This document shows positions 53,832 through 55,726 of a stretch of DNA of 55,726 nucleotides, piece by piece (position 1 is the stretch's first letter; every line of letters starts with the position of its first letter). Position numbers and translations under genes: made by a program. The stretch is from a bacterium (GTDB taxonomy: Bacteria > Patescibacteriota > Patescibacteriia > Veblenbacterales > UBA10138). Under the pieces are notes generated by a model. The model did no database searches. It was not told the DNA's origin and saw only the letters and a list, made by a program, of their open reading frames with translations. Location of the stretch: assembly GCA_020057885.1 (NCBI GenBank), contig JAGVEX010000016.1:1-55726 (forward strand). Reading direction: 5' to 3'.

Positions 53832-55625
53832 ATGATACACGAGCAAATTAGAAATTTTTGTATAATTGCGCATATTGACCACGGCAAATCAACTTTGGCT
53901 GATAGATTTTTAGAATTAACAGGCACTATAGCTAAACGCGATATGAAAGAGCAGTTGCTTGACCAAATGGATTTGGAACGTGAGCGCGGCATTACTATCA
54001 AACTACAGCCCGTTATTATGCATTGGAAGGGTATTCAACTTAATTTAATTGATACGCCCGGGCACGTGGATTTCACTTATGAAGTTTCGCGTTCACTAGC
54101 TTGTGTGGAAGGGGCTATTTTATTAGTAGATGCAACCCAAGGTATTCAGGCACAAACTATTGCAAATTTTGAATTAGCGCGCGAGCAGGGTTTGGTTATG
54201 ATTCCTGTAGTAAATAAAATAGATCTGCCGGCGGCCGATGTGGAGCGCGCTACGGCCGAACTTTGTCAATTATTAAATACTACTCCAGATAAAATTTTTA
54301 AAGTTTCAGCTAAAGACGGTAGGGGGGTGAAGGAGGTGTTGGACGCCGTAGTGGCGCTAGTGCCTGCGCCACAAATAAAACAGGGTGAAGGTACAAGGGC
54401 GCTTATTTTTGATTCGTCTTATGACGATTTTCGTGGTGTAGTGGCGGCAGTACGTGTTTTTGACGGTGAGCTTAAAGCTAGGGATATTTATACTCTTTTA
54501 GGGAGTAAGGCCAAGCAAGAAATATTGGAAGTTGGTATTTTTACTCCAAAATTAAAACGGACAGAAAAACTTAAAGCTGGCGAAATAGGCTATGTGGTAA
54601 CAGGCTTAAAAGATATTCGTTTGGCGCGCGTAGGTGATACCTTGGCGGTAGGAGGTGTGGAACCAAAACCTCTTTCCGGATATAAAGAAATAAAACCAAT
54701 GGTATTTGCCGGGTTTTTTCCAGCCGCGGGCGAAAGTGCGGATAAATTACGGGAAGGCTTAGGCAAACTTAAGCTTAGCGATGCGAGTTTATCTTATGAG
54801 GGTGAGCATTCTTCCGCGCTTGGTTTTGGTTTTCGTTGCGGTTTTTTGGGATTATTACATTTGGATATTGCGCGTGAAAGACTAAAACGTGAACATAATT
54901 TAAATGTAGTTATTACTACGCCATCGGTGGCTTACGAAGTGGATTTAAAAAACAATGAAACAATAATAGTGTGCGGCGCGTTGGAGCTGCCGAGCCCCGA
55001 CAGAATAGCAGAGGTGCGCGAACCAATGGTTAAGGTGGATGTAGTAACGCCCATAGAGTATTTGGGTAATTTGATGAAAGTGGCGCAAGATTTTAGGGGG
55101 ATTTATTTAACTACAGATTATTTGAGCATGAGCCACAACAAAGGACGTGCGATATTGCATTACGAGTTGCCGTTGAATGCGATTTTGGTTGATTTTTATG
55201 ATCAAGTTAAAAGCGTTAGCTCTGGCTATGCTTCGTTGAATTACGAATTTTTGGAATATAAAAAATGTGAAGTGGTTAGGCTCGATCTTATGGTAGCTGA
55301 TGGAGTGGTAGAGGCCTTGGCTTCAATTGTCTATAAAGATGAAGCTTATAGGCGTGGCCGAGTGGTAGTTGATAAATTAAAAAAGATTTTACCTCGTCAA
55401 ATGTTTGAGGTAAAAATTCAGGCGGCTTTGGGCGGCAAGATAATCGCCGCGGAACGCATCCCAGCCATGCGCAAAGATGTTATAGCTGGTCTTTATGGTG
55501 GCGACGTTACACGTAAACGAAAACTTTTGGAAAAGCAAAAAAAGGGCAAGCGTCGAATGAAGCTGGAAGGTAAAATGAATATTCCGCCTGAGGCTTATTT
55601 GGCCTTAGTTAGCCGTCAGGAATAA
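53832..55625 (+). CDS. lepA: Elongation factor 4
   Basis: IAHIDHGKSTLADR, DTPGHVDF, GFRCGFLGLLH and YGGDVTRKRKLLEKQK. Confidence 0.98.
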   Translation: MIHEQIRNFCIIAHIDHGKSTLADRFLELTGTIAKRDMKEQLLDQMDLERERGITIKLQPVIMHWKGIQLNLIDTPGHVDFTYEVSRSLACVEGAILLVDATQGIQAQTIANFELAREQGLVMIPVVNKIDLPAADVERATAELCQLLNTTPDKIFKVSAKDGRGVKEVLDAVVALVPAPQIKQGEGTRALIFDSSYDDFRGVVAAVRVFDGELKARDIYTLLGSKAKQEILEVGIFTPKLKRTEKLKAGEIGYVVTGLKDIRLARVGDTLAVGGVEPKPLSGYKEIKPMVFAGFFPAAGESADKLREGLGKLKLSDASLSYEGEHSSALGFGFRCGFLGLLHLDIARERLKREHNLNVVITTPSVAYEVDLKNNETIIVCGALELPSPDRIAEVREPMVKVDVVTPIEYLGNLMKVAQDFRGIYLTTDYLSMSHNKGRAILHYELPLNAILVDFYDQVKSVSSGYASLNYEFLEYKKCEVVRLDLMVADGVVEALASIVYKDEAYRRGRVVVDKLKKILPRQMFEVKIQAALGGKIIAAERIPAMRKDVIAGLYGGDVTRKRKLLEKQKKGKRRMKLEGKMNIPPEAYLALVSRQE

Positions 55626-55629
55626 ATGT

Positions 55630-55726
55630 TTATTTAATGTCGCAGAATACTCCAGCCTTTTAAGGCTGGAGATGAATGCGACACCACTCCGAGCGTTAGC
55701 GAGGATATGCTAAATTTGAGGCATGA
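55630..55726 (+). mobile_element. Probable IS200/IS605 left end (window ends at a possible tnpA ATG)
   Basis: TTAT (55630-55633), AATA (55646-55649) and hairpin ctccagcctt-tt-aaggctggag (55650-55671) inside an outer stem tgtcgca/tgcgaca. Same guide/cleavage tetranucleotides as the right end at 65-99. Confidence 0.65.

Noticed and set aside
1539-54001. Many antisense or nested ORFs in the track (e.g. 1539-1778, 7034-7459, 14013-14432, 16525-16968, 21657-22085, 42272-42478, 46812-47198)
   Set aside because: They are shadows of well-supported genes or of rnpB and have no motifs of their own.
1-55726. CRISPR array, tRNA/rRNA genes, prophage, integron attC array, alternative genetic code
   Set aside because: No regularly spaced repeats, cloverleafs, phage or integrase genes were seen by eye, and TGA acts as a stop in tgt and queA.

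Overview
A ~55.7 kb AT-rich bacterial chromosomal segment, with most genes on the + strand and standard code 11. Gene content (short HrcA, DUF4012, DUF5654, DUF3467, Gmad2, SD-less core genes) suggests Patescibacteria/CPR; this is an inference. The window runs from the 3' end of an IS200-type tnpA to an IS200-type left end. In order it holds tgt-queA, an AbrB-led MacAB-type ABC exporter, a CIRCE/HrcA heat-shock region (grpE, hsp20, dnaK, dnaJ), dus, cysS, an Rrf2-sodA-sufCBDSU cluster, a pduL-ackA plus 2-oxoacid:ferredoxin oxidoreductase cluster, recJ-rnhA-Nudix genes, RNase P RNA, a glycosyltransferase operon, a candidate 6S RNA, murJ and lepA. Best leads: (1) a ~390-nt promoter-to-terminator transcript with nested long-range helices and several SD-led micro-ORFs, which shares a 33-bp upstream palindrome with an orphan gene of possible Sm/SH3-like fold; (2) REP-like hairpins inserted in-frame in cysS (twice), dnaK and the oxidoreductase alpha subunit, and into RNase P RNA; (3) about ten self-contained orphan cassettes (near-consensus promoter, A/C-rich leader, SD, terminator) inserted among SD-less core genes. 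All calls come from manual motif reading; no searches or folding programs were run.
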